Shown one piece after another: positions 31,902-41,400 of a stretch of 64,000 bases of DNA (position 1 is the first letter of the stretch; every line of letters begins with the position of its first letter). Made by a program: the position numbers and the translations under genes. This stretch comes from Armatimonadota bacterium (GTDB taxonomy: Bacteria; Armatimonadota; Zipacnadia; Zipacnadales; UBA5352): NCBI GenBank assembly GCA_034722055.1, contig JAYENL010000221.1:1-64000 (forward strand). Reading direction: 5' to 3'. The notes under the pieces are model-generated. The model was not told the DNA's origin. It searched no databases and worked only from the letters and a program-made list of their open reading frames with translations.

Positions 31902-32858
31902 TTACCCACAGCCGCTACCGCGCGCGATGATCCCGTTGTCGAACATCCACTTGACGCTGGCGGCCACTGAATCCTCGGCGGTGTGCTGCGGGTCATAGCC
32001 CAGCTCGGTGCAGGCCTTGTCAATGGTGAAGCACATGTGCTCGACGAAGAAGCGCAGGCCGCGGACGTTGAGGCGATCCGTGTCCCCATACTCCTCCACC
32101 AGCTCCTCCGCCGGCACGTGCTCCACCGCCGGCACCACGCCCATGGCCTCCGACAGCAGCTCCACGTAGTAGTTGTGCGTGATGGCGTAGGGGGAGCTGA
32201 TGTTGTACTCGCCGGCCTTCTCGGGCTGGTCGAGTGCCAGCACAAAGGCGGCCGCGAGGTCGCGCACGTCCCCGAACTGGATCAGCCCCCTGCCGCGCTC
32301 GGGGACCCTCACCGGCTCGCCGTCGAGCATCGACTGGAACAGGCGCGGGTCCCGGCTGCCCCAGATGTCCAGCGGCACATCGCCCGGACCGATGATCGCC
32401 GTGGGGCGCAGGATCGTCAGCGGCAGCTCGTAGCGCTCGCACAGGTCGCGGGCCACCTCATCGGACTCGGCCTTGGCGTTGAAGCCACCCCACTCATTCG
32501 GCGGGGGATCGACCGGCTCGGTCTCATCGGCCGGCACGTGCCGCAGCGGCATGAACACGCCCGTGGAGCCGCACTGCACGTAGCGATCGACCAGCCCGAA
32601 GACGGCGTCGATCACCCGCTGGGCGCGGGCCCCGTTCATGGCGATCATGTGCACGCAGGCGTCGAAGGTGCGACCATCCAGGGCGTTGACGAGGCTCCGC
32701 TCCTCATCGATGTCGGCGGTGAGGCGCTCCACGCTCTCCGGCAGCGCGCACTCGGTGCGACCCCGGTTGACCACCGTGACCTCGTCGCCGCGCTCCGCCA
32801 GCCGCCGTGTGATCTCCAGCCCCAGGAACCGCGTCCCGCCGATGATCAGCACATTCAT
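31902..32858 (-). CDS. NAD-dependent epimerase/dehydratase (extended SDR)
   Basis: MNVLIIGGTRFLG, NRG, TILRPTAIIGPG, DVRDLA. Confidence 0.88.
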   Translation of the reverse strand: MNVLIIGGTRFLGLEITRRLAERGDEVTVVNRGRTECALPESVERLTADIDEERSLVNALDGRTFDACVHMIAMNGARAQRVIDAVFGLVDRYVQCGSTGVFMPLRHVPADETEPVDPPPNEWGGFNAKAESDEVARDLCERYELPLTILRPTAIIGPGDVPLDIWGSRDPRLFQSMLDGEPVRVPERGRGLIQFGDVRDLAAAFVLALDQPEKAGEYNISSPYAITHNYYVELLSEAMGVVPAVEHVPAEELVEEYGDTDRLNVRGLRFFVEHMCFTIDKACTELGYDPQHTAEDSVAASVKWMFDNGIIARGSGCG

Positions 32859-33005
32859 CGGGTTAACCTCCACCGGTCTCTCTCAGTCTCCGCGTACGCC
32901 TTTCGCCGACGCCGGCGCGCTTCCTGCCGACTCCGGGAGGTAGCCGGCACATGGGCTGCGAAATCGCACACTGCACACGTGCAAGTGCGGCACGGAGGTG
33001 TGATG

Positions 33006-33938
33006 ATGCTTTACCGGCGGTTCGGCAGCCTGGGCTGGGAGGTCTCCGCCATCGGCATGGGGACCTGGAACATCGGCAACCAGTGGGGGGAGATCGACGA
33101 CGTGACGGCGTGGGCCACGGTCCGCGAGGCCTTCGACGCGGGCATGAACCTCTTCGACACCGCGGAGTCCTACGGCATCCCCAACGGCCTCAGCGAGATG
33201 CGGCTGGGCGAGGCGCTGGCCGGCATCCGCCATCAGGTCTACATCGTGTCGAAGATCGGGCACTGGGGCGAGCGCACCGGCCAGGGCGTGCCCCACAGCA
33301 CGGTGGACATGATCCGCCTGTGCTGCCACGCCTCGCTGCACCGGCTGCGCACGAACTGGGTGGACGTGATGCTCTGCCACGTCGGCGACATCGAGGACCC
33401 CAGCGTCTTCCTGGAGGCCTTCGAGGTGCTTAAGCAGCGGGGGAAGATCCGCGTCTACGGCATCTCGACCAACGACCTGGAGGTGCTGAAGCGCTTCAAC
33501 GCCCACGGCACCTGCGACGTGGTAGAGGTTGACTACTCGCTGCTGAACACCGCGCCGGAGGAGGACTTCCTCCCTTACTGCGAGGCCAACGGCATCGCGG
33601 TGCTGGTGCGCGGGCCGCTGCGCCGGGGCCTGCTCGCCGGCAAGTACGACCTGGAGACGCAGTTCACCGACCAGGTTCGGCAGGCATTCAACCCCGGCGG
33701 CGCCCAGCGCGAGCAGTACGAGGCGGACATCGCGGGCGTTGAGCGGCTCAAGGAGGTCGTTGAGCCCGGCCAGGAGATGGTCACGGCCGCGCTGCGGTTC
33801 GTCATATCGCACCCGGCGAACCCGGTCGCCATTCCCGGCTGCAAGTCGCCGGCGCAGGCGCGGATGAACGCCGAGGCGGCGGAGAGGCTTCTGACGGACC
33901 AGGAGATGACGGCGCTGCGGGAGGCGGTCGGGGGCTGA
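33006..33938 (+). CDS. aldo/keto reductase
   Basis: GGAGGT SD; YRRFGSLGWEVSAIGMGTW, GMNLFDTAESYG, SKIG, GPLRRGLLAGKY; start trimmed from the track ORF. Confidence 0.9.
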   Translation: MLYRRFGSLGWEVSAIGMGTWNIGNQWGEIDDVTAWATVREAFDAGMNLFDTAESYGIPNGLSEMRLGEALAGIRHQVYIVSKIGHWGERTGQGVPHSTVDMIRLCCHASLHRLRTNWVDVMLCHVGDIEDPSVFLEAFEVLKQRGKIRVYGISTNDLEVLKRFNAHGTCDVVEVDYSLLNTAPEEDFLPYCEANGIAVLVRGPLRRGLLAGKYDLETQFTDQVRQAFNPGGAQREQYEADIAGVERLKEVVEPGQEMVTAALRFVISHPANPVAIPGCKSPAQARMNAEAAERLLTDQEMTALREAVGG

Positions 33939-33964
33939 GCGAGCGGCATAAAGGGGCGAGCACG

Positions 33965-35191
33965 ATGGGAGCCGACGGAGCGGGACGGGATGGTGGGGCG
34001 GAGGAGCGCTCATCCAGCGAGGGGCAGGAGACGACGGTCGAGGACCTGGCCGCGGAGCGCGTGGAGGCCATCGGGGCGGAGGCGGCCGAGGGCCTCGATG
34101 CACTGTCCCTGGAGGATCGATTGGCGACTGCGGCGAGCCGCCGGGAGGGGAGAGTCGGCTACGCCTGCGTGGGCTGTGGCAGTATCGCCAACAACTACCA
34201 CCTCCCCGCCCTGCAGCGCATCCCGGAGGCAGAGTTCGTCGTGGCCTGCGACATCCTCCTGCAGCGCGCCAGGGAGACGGCGGAGCGCTTCGACGCCCAG
34301 CATGCCATCACGCAGTACCAGCAGGCGCTGGAGCGCGAGGATGTGGACCTGGTCTGCGTCTTCACGAAGGTGGACTCCCACGCGGAGATCGCCATCGACG
34401 CCGCGTGGGCCGGCAAGGACGTCTTCATCCAGAAGCCCTTCGCGCTCAGCGTGGCGGAGGGGCGGCAGATGATACAGGCCGCACGGGACAACGAGGTGGA
34501 GATCATCCCGTCCTTCATGCACCGCTACTTCGACGAGGCCCTCACGGCCGCGGAGCTGGTTCGCGATGGTGCGGTGGGAAAGCTGCAGTTCATGCGCCAG
34601 CGCAACGCCACGCGCAACCCGCCGGAGATAGCCCCGGACTATGGTGGCGCCATGATGGACATCGGCGCACACGGGATCGACCTGATCCGGGCGATCACGG
34701 GCGAGGAGATTGTGCGGGTGATGGCCCGCCTGGGCGGCGGTGAGGGCCCGCCGGAGGGCGAGGAGGAGGCCCGCGATGAGCGCGACCTGCGCGGTGGCGA
34801 GACCAATGCCTTCATGCTCTACGCGCTGGCCTCCGGGGCCACGGTCGCCCACGAGGTCCAGTGGGCGCAGGCGGCCGGGGCCTCACGGTTCACCGCCGAG
34901 GTCTACGGCACGCACGGCACGCTCCTGCTGCGCGCGCCGCGCATCGATACTGAGCTGGCCTACTTCTCCGCCGCCGGGATGCAGGAGCCGCATCGCGCCA
35001 GAGTCGAGTGGGAGGTGCCGGAGCTGCCAGGGCGACCGTTCGGCGCTGCGCAGCACGAGGCGGTCATCGACAGCCTGCTGACCGACGAGTGGACGGCGCA
35101 GACGGCACAGGACGGGCTGGCCGTGCTGCGCGTGTGTGAGGCAGCACGGCAGTCGGCCGTGAGTGGCTGCTGGGAGGACGTCCTGGAGTGA
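33965..35191 (+). CDS. Gfo/Idh/MocA-family oxidoreductase
   Basis: VGCGSIA, GKDVFIQKP (EKP variant), GGAMMDIGAHGIDL; acidic N-terminal extension, start uncertain. Confidence 0.85.
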   Translation: MGADGAGRDGGAEERSSSEGQETTVEDLAAERVEAIGAEAAEGLDALSLEDRLATAASRREGRVGYACVGCGSIANNYHLPALQRIPEAEFVVACDILLQRARETAERFDAQHAITQYQQALEREDVDLVCVFTKVDSHAEIAIDAAWAGKDVFIQKPFALSVAEGRQMIQAARDNEVEIIPSFMHRYFDEALTAAELVRDGAVGKLQFMRQRNATRNPPEIAPDYGGAMMDIGAHGIDLIRAITGEEIVRVMARLGGGEGPPEGEEEARDERDLRGGETNAFMLYALASGATVAHEVQWAQAAGASRFTAEVYGTHGTLLLRAPRIDTELAYFSAAGMQEPHRARVEWEVPELPGRPFGAAQHEAVIDSLLTDEWTAQTAQDGLAVLRVCEAARQSAVSGCWEDVLE

Positions 35192-35203
35192 AGGAGGACC
35201 ACC

Positions 35204-35974
35204 ATGCGGGTGTCATTCATCGTCCGATCCGAGGATGACCGCGGGGAGGCGGCGGCCTTCGCGGCCGGGGAAGGCATCGACGGCCTGGAGCTGATGTACC
35301 ACTCGCCCTCGCCCCGGGACTTCGACGACGCGGAGCAGGTGCGCGGGCTGTGCGAGCGCTGGGATGTGCGCATCGCGGCGGTCGGCGTCTGGCACATGGG
35401 CCTGGCTGACCCGACGGAGCGGAGAACGCGGGAGGCGCTGCTGGCCGGGCTGCGCTATGCCGGCGAGGTCGGCGCTGACTGCTTCTTCACCGGGGCCGGT
35501 GAGCCGGAGACCGACGACCCCATCGGCGCGCTGGCCGAGACCTGGCCGCACTGGGAGGAGCTGTGCCTCGCCGAGGCCATGGACCTGGCGGTCTATCTGG
35601 GCCACCGTGGGAGCTTCCTGGGCACCGATGAGCTGGTGGCCCAGGCGCGCGAGCGCGTGCCGGGCCTGGGGCTGAAGCTTGATCCCGTGGGCATCATCCG
35701 CAACGTGAAGGCCGACCCCTACGACTTCCTCTACCGCCACGGGGAGAGTCTGGCATTCCTCCACGTCAAGGACAAGCTGGCGCTGGCGGACGGGGAGATC
35801 GAGCCCCCACCGGGCCTCGGGGAGCTGCAATGGGGCACGATCTTCGGCATCCTGCACCAGCACGAGTACCACGGCTGGGTGAGCATCGAGCCGCACGGAG
35901 CGTTCTGGAACCGACCCGGGAACCGCTGGCGTTACATCCGCCTCGCCAACCGCCACGTGCGACAGTTCATCTGA
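35204..35974 (+). CDS. sugar phosphate isomerase/epimerase (xylose-isomerase-like TIM barrel)
   Basis: AAGGAGG SD; DGLEL, LKLDP, FLHVKD, PGLGELQW, GWVSIEPH. Confidence 0.8.
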   Translation: MRVSFIVRSEDDRGEAAAFAAGEGIDGLELMYHSPSPRDFDDAEQVRGLCERWDVRIAAVGVWHMGLADPTERRTREALLAGLRYAGEVGADCFFTGAGEPETDDPIGALAETWPHWEELCLAEAMDLAVYLGHRGSFLGTDELVAQARERVPGLGLKLDPVGIIRNVKADPYDFLYRHGESLAFLHVKDKLALADGEIEPPPGLGELQWGTIFGILHQHEYHGWVSIEPHGAFWNRPGNRWRYIRLANRHVRQFI

Positions 35975-36079
35975 ACGCTGGAGGGGGCAACTTGCAGTCG
36001 CCAGTTGGGGGACGCGTGGGGACGCCGGAATGGCGACCTGCCGGGAACGCAAGCCTGCCCTCCATTACGGACAACGCAA

Positions 36080-36124
36080 GCCGTTGCCGTTGCTTGCAGC
36101 TTGTAGCTTGTGGCTTGCAGCTTA
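36080..36124. repeat. short tandem tract: GCCGTT x2 followed by GCTTG(CA/TA/TG) heptamers
   Basis: gccgtt gccgtt gcttgca gcttgta gcttgtg gcttgca gctta. Confidence 0.75.
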
Positions 36125-37510
36125 GAAGTACCCCATGCCCTCCAGGCGCCTGCGGACCTCCGGGTCCTCGCGCTCGGTCAGGCCCTCCGTGACCGGATGC
36201 GGCAGCACGCGCTCCTGCCACTGGCGCAGGGCCTCGCGCATGTGACGGGTGCGCTCGGGCTCCTCGTCGATGAGGTCGGTGGTCTCCCCGGGGTCCTCGG
36301 CGAGGTGGTAGAGCTCGTTGCGGCCGGTCTGGGAGCTGATCAGCTCCCAGCCATCCTCGATGTACGCGGCCATGTGTCCCGCGAAGCGGTCGAAGTCGAA
36401 GCTGGGGTTCCTCTTGCGGGCGCGCCTGAGGCTCCGCTCGGGCCAGGCGGAGCGCTCCGAGACGGCATGCTGCCGGCCGCTGCCCGTGGCCGCCTCCCGG
36501 AGGTTGATGCGCTGGGTGGCGGTGCCGGGCAGGGCCTCGAGCTGACCCGCCATGGCCGCGAAGGTCTCCGTGAGGTCCGAGAGCTGCACCAGGGCGTGGG
36601 AGCGGTGCCCGGTCGGCAGGATGTGCGGGGCCCGGACGATGAGCGGGACCCGGATCAGGGGCCGGTACATCCCGGCCGGACGCCCGTGGCTGATGACGCC
36701 CCGGTCGCCGAGCATGTCACCGTGGTCGGCGCAGATGACCACTACCGTATCCTCCCACAGCCCCAGCTTCTCCATGGCCTCGCGGAGCTGGCCGACCAGG
36801 TGATCGTTGTAGGCCAGGGCACCGTCGTAGAGGCTGGAGATGTCCTCCAGGTCCTCCTGGGAGCCGGTGGCGGCCAGCTCCTGCATCCTCCGCATCCGCG
36901 ACATGAGATGAAAGCGGCGCGCCAGCGACAGCGGGCGCGTCGCGAACTTCGTGCTGAAGGGCTGCTTGCCCATGTAGGGGTGGTGGCACTCGTTGTACCA
37001 CACCACGCCGAACCAGGGCGGAGTCACCCTCGGGAGGTAGCGCAGCAGGCGTCCCGTCATGCCCTGCCCGCCGGTGTCGGTCAGGCCCAGGCGCAGCGTG
37101 ACGTACTTGAGCAGGAGCTTGGCGAAGCCCCGAACGTGAATGGACATGTCGAAGTGGTCGAAGCCCCGCTGCAGGCCGGTGGCCGGACCGAGGAAGGCGT
37201 TCGACGAGAACAGGAAGGTCTCGTAGCCCGCCCGGATCATGGCCTCCTGGAGCGTGGGCAGCTCCGGGGGCAGCTCCCGGTAGGACTCGGAGCGGTGCTC
37301 CCGGGGCACCAGGCCGGTCAGCAGCGTGAAGCTGACCGGCAGCGTCCAGGAGGACTCGCTGTAGCACTCCGTGAATAGCGTGCCCTCCTCGGCGATGCGG
37401 TCGATGTTCGGTGTGGTCCGCTTCTCGTAGCCGTAGCAGCCGAATCGGTCCGCTCTCGCTGAGTCCAGGACCACCAGCAGGATGTTGGGCCTCTCCACGT
37501 CGTCGGTCAC
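36122..37510 (-). CDS. sulfatase-fold / alkaline-phosphatase-superfamily hydrolase (non-canonical, Thr at the nucleophile position)
   Basis: PNILLVVLDSARAD, SWTLPVS..LLTG, HHPY, ADHGD, HG, ELYHL..DPGE, C-terminal RLEGMGY. Confidence 0.85.
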   Translation of the reverse strand: MTDDVERPNILLVVLDSARADRFGCYGYEKRTTPNIDRIAEEGTLFTECYSESSWTLPVSFTLLTGLVPREHRSESYRELPPELPTLQEAMIRAGYETFLFSSNAFLGPATGLQRGFDHFDMSIHVRGFAKLLLKYVTLRLGLTDTGGQGMTGRLLRYLPRVTPPWFGVVWYNECHHPYMGKQPFSTKFATRPLSLARRFHLMSRMRRMQELAATGSQEDLEDISSLYDGALAYNDHLVGQLREAMEKLGLWEDTVVVICADHGDMLGDRGVISHGRPAGMYRPLIRVPLIVRAPHILPTGHRSHALVQLSDLTETFAAMAGQLEALPGTATQRINLREAATGSGRQHAVSERSAWPERSLRRARKRNPSFDFDRFAGHMAAYIEDGWELISSQTGRNELYHLAEDPGETTDLIDEEPERTRHMREALRQWQERVLPHPVTEGLTEREDPEVRRRLEGMGYF

Positions 37511-37540
37511 CTGCAGCTCTCTGGTATGGGAATGCGGCGG

Positions 37541-38290
37541 CTACCTCGCCAGTCCCAGGGTCTTCTGGGCGTGCTCGATGCCCGTCCGGATCATCCCCAG
37601 CTCCGAGCCGGCGTGGATGAGCGTGAAGCCCTGCTCGGCGCGGCGCATGGCGTCCTCGGGGCTGCCGCAGGGCATGCCGGCGGGCTTGCCCGCGGCTGTG
37701 GCCCGCTCCAGGATGTGCGCCAGCGCCTCCTCGTGCTCCTCGGAGCCGCGCTCGCAGCCCAGAGACAGCGACAGGTCGCTGGGGCCGATGAAGATGCAGT
37801 CCACGCCATCCACCTGCGCGATCTCGTCCACGTTGCCCATGGCGCGGCGCGTCTCGATCATCACCGCCACCAGCGTGTTGTCATTGGCGGCCTCACGGTA
37901 GTCATCGCCCAGGAAGGCCAGCCGCGCCCCGCCGCTGGAGCGCCCGCCGCGCGGAGGATACTTGGCGGCGTAGACGACCGCCTCCGCCTCCTCCCCGGAG
38001 CTGACCATGGGCACGATGAGGCCCAGCGCGCCGCGGTCAAGCGCCCGGCCGATGCGGAAGAACTCGTTCATGCCCACCCGCACTATCGGCGTCACCCCCG
38101 TGGGGCCGATCACCTGGATGCTCTGCATCATGCTCTGGCGATGGAAGGAGCCGTGCTGCTCGTCGATCCAGATCCAGTCCACGCCACTGTTGGCGAGGTA
38201 CTCCGCGACGATGGGGTCGTCCATGACCATGGAGAGGCCGAAGGTGGGCTGCCCTGCTCGAAGCTTCTCCAGCGCCCGGTTCTTCACCAT
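37541..38290 (-). CDS. HpcH/HpaI (class II 2-keto-3-deoxy sugar acid) aldolase
   Basis: DWIWIDEQHG, ALDRGALGLIVPMV, KYPPRG.R, VMIET, DCIFIGPSDLS. Confidence 0.9.
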   Translation of the reverse strand: MVKNRALEKLRAGQPTFGLSMVMDDPIVAEYLANSGVDWIWIDEQHGSFHRQSMMQSIQVIGPTGVTPIVRVGMNEFFRIGRALDRGALGLIVPMVSSGEEAEAVVYAAKYPPRGGRSSGGARLAFLGDDYREAANDNTLVAVMIETRRAMGNVDEIAQVDGVDCIFIGPSDLSLSLGCERGSEEHEEALAHILERATAAGKPAGMPCGSPEDAMRRAEQGFTLIHAGSELGMIRTGIEHAQKTLGLAR

Positions 38291-38446
38291 CTGCTGCCGC
38301 ACATCCCGTTCGTGTCAGCGTTGGCACTGCACCTATGCTACTTCGCAGCGCGCCGGACCGGCACCTGCCACCGGCGGCGAGGGAAGATGCGTCCTGCGGC
38401 GAAGGGTACAGCGGACATGCACCGATGGACGCAGTGGGGAATCGCC

Positions 38447-41400
38447 ATGTTTCGCAACTGGACGCCGATCGCGATGGTGTGCACGATGGTCGCGCTGGGA
38501 GGGGTGTGCATGGGCGAGACGGTGCGGACCGCCGACCTGGCCCTGACGGTGGGTGACGCGGGTGAGGTAACTGCGCTGGAGGTCTCCGGCACGATGGTGG
38601 CCGGAGAGGCCTGCCCTCTGGCGGAGCTGGCTGACCTGACGCGGGGGGCGGAGTTCGTTGCCGGCACGCCGACGGGCGGGGATCTGCGCACGGGCCTGAC
38701 GCTGGCCTTCGAGGGCCTGCAGGCCACCGCCACCATCGTGGTGCAGCCGCGAGGCCGCGCGCTGCACGCCACCTGCCACCTGCAGGGCCAGGAGGACCTG
38801 CCGGCACGGGGAGTGCTGCTGCGCATCAACATGCCGGTCGATGCCATTGGCTGGCAGTGGCACGACGACATGCAGACGAGCCGGGAGATCGGCCCCGGCG
38901 AGGTCTACGAGAACGTGACGGCGCTGCGGGAGTGGCCTGACCTGCCGGAGTGGGCGGACGAGCCCTCTCTGCGGATGGGGGCCGCCAACCGCAACTTCTG
39001 CACCGCCATCACCGGGCCCGTGGGCCTGTGCCTGGCCTCGCCGCTGAACCGGCCGTGTATCTTCCGCACCGCCTACGACGCCGAGACCGGTCGGCTGCAG
39101 CTCGTTTACGACCTGGCGCTGTCACCGGACATGCGGGAGCCGAACCAGTGGACCTTCGAGTTCGACCTCTACGCCTCCGACCCCGAGTGGGGCTTCCGAA
39201 GCGCGCTGGCGGGCTACTACGAGCTGTACCCCGAGTTCTTCGAGGTGCACGTGGAGGAGCCGGGGATGTGGATGGCCTTCTCGCCGCTGTCGCAGATCGA
39301 CAACGTCAACGAGTTCCGCTTCGGATTCCAGGAGGGCGCCCGCGAGGTGGCCTACGACGACCGGATCGGCGTCCTGGACGCCCCCTACCTCACGCACGCC
39401 GGGGAGTTCGCGAACATTCCGGATCATGATCCCGAGGAGGACCCCCTGCCGCCCCACGAGCGCCTGGTGGAGGTGATGACGGAGGACTTTCGGCGTCGGA
39501 CCGGCTCCGAGGAGATGTACCCGGCTGTGGGGCTGCACGACGCGGAGGGGAAGCTGGACATCCGCCAGACGCGCGTCTACGGCCACATCATCGCCCAGTT
39601 CAATCTCGACCCCGAGCTGCCCCTCGGGCAGTGGCTGCTGGATCAGGCCGACAAGCGGACCGACAGCGTTCTTGAGTCCAGCGGCGGTCGGCTCGATGGC
39701 TTCTACTACGACGGCCTCACGCACGGGCTCAACTACCGCACAGAGCACTTCCAGTACTCCGAGGCGCCGCCCATGTGGGACCCGGTGGCCGAGAAGCCGG
39801 TGCTCAACAACTTCTTCTCCTCCTGCGAGTGGGCGAGGGCGGCGGCCGAGCACTTCCACGACCAGGACCAGATCACCATGATGAACGGGGCCTTCGGCGC
39901 CAGCTTCTACGTGGCCCCGTGGCTGGACCTGTTTGGGGGCGAGACCGGCCTGCGCATCTCCCGCGAGAACATGAACTACGCCCGGACGATCACCTGGCAC
40001 AAGCCCATGCTCACGCTGCTGAAGGGCAACTACGAGCAGGTGCGCGACCACCAGCAGATCGAGCTGTTCCACAAGCGGGCGCTGGCCTACGGGATCTTCC
40101 CGGGCTTCTTCGACTGGTCGCCCAGCGGCCTGGGGCCGGGCGGGCGCTACTGGGACCACCCGGAGTACTACGAGCGCGACCGCGACATCTTCCGCAAGTA
40201 CCAGCCCCTGGTGCAGACGCTGGCCACGGCGGGATGGGAGCCGGTGACGCACGCCCGCTCGTCGTATGACGGCGTGTTCGTGGAGCGCTTCGGGCCGGCT
40301 GAGGACGGGATCGTGTGGCTGACGCTGCTGAACGAGGACGCCTCGCCGCACGAGACCACGCTGACCATCGACGCCCAGGCACTGGGGCTGGACGCCGGGG
40401 CGATCCGCTGCGCGGATGTGCTGACGGGCCGCGCCATCGAGCTGCAGGGGCGGGGGGCGGCGCTGTCGGCGGACGTGAGCGTGGAGGCGGGTGGGGTCAT
40501 GATGCTGCAGCTCGCCACGCCCCGGCAGGCGGCGCTGTGGCGGCTGAGCCAATGCGCGGACACGGTCGAGCGCGGCATCACCATGCGGGAGATCGACGCC
40601 GACAAGCCGCCGGTGGCCTTCGCCTGGCATCCGACCGACGGCGGCTACGAGCGGGAGCGCGCGGGTGAGGGCTGGACGCTGGTCTTCGATGGCACTGACG
40701 CCGGCACGCGGCGGGCGTGGCAGTGGGCGATGCTCTTCCAGCCCCGGGCGGCGCCGGTGACGCTGCGCGTGCGGGCCTCGGCGGACGGTCTGCAGGGCGA
40801 GGGCAAGGCCGGCGTGTACATCCGCCACGCCTGGGTCAGCCCCAGCTTCAGCCACTACGAGACGGAGTACCTGGAGCTGCCCAAGGGCACCTACGACGCG
40901 CGCGAGTTCGAGCATACCATCGAGATCGAGCAGCCACTACGAGCGATCTACCTGCGACCAGAGGTGGAGGGGGGCGTCGAGGGCACGCTGCGCATCGAGT
41001 CCATCACCCTCGAGGACGAGTTTGCGGACGACTACGTGGAGAACGGCGACTTCTCGCGCTGGTATGAGCCGATCCCGGACGAGATGCAGGGGCGGCTGGC
41101 GGCGGGAAGCGGGCAGGTCGCGGCGGCGATTGAGTCCGCCCGGGAGGCCATCGGCGACGGGCTCGCCAGCGAGGCATCACAGGAGGCGCTGCTGGAGCTG
41201 GGAGCGCTGACGACGCGGCTGCGCGAGTGGATTCACGCGGAGGAGGCCAAGGACGGCTGCCGTCGCGCGCTGCGGGACATGGAGACCGTGGAGCAGCACC
41301 TGGGCGCGATGCTGCTGGCCTCCCTGGGGATGCCCGGGCCGCGGCTTCGCGCGCCCGCGATGGCGGCCGTGGGCGATGAGATCCCGGTGAGCGTGGAGAT

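Noticed and set aside
31983..33005. Apparent N-terminal extension or fusion on the aldo/keto reductase
   Set aside because: It is antisense to the epimerase gene. A GGAGGT SD precedes ATG 33003/33006.
37526..38446. N-terminal ~300 aa of the 1763-aa track ORF
   Set aside because: It overlaps the aldolase gene on the opposite strand. The signal-peptide-like start is at ~38447.
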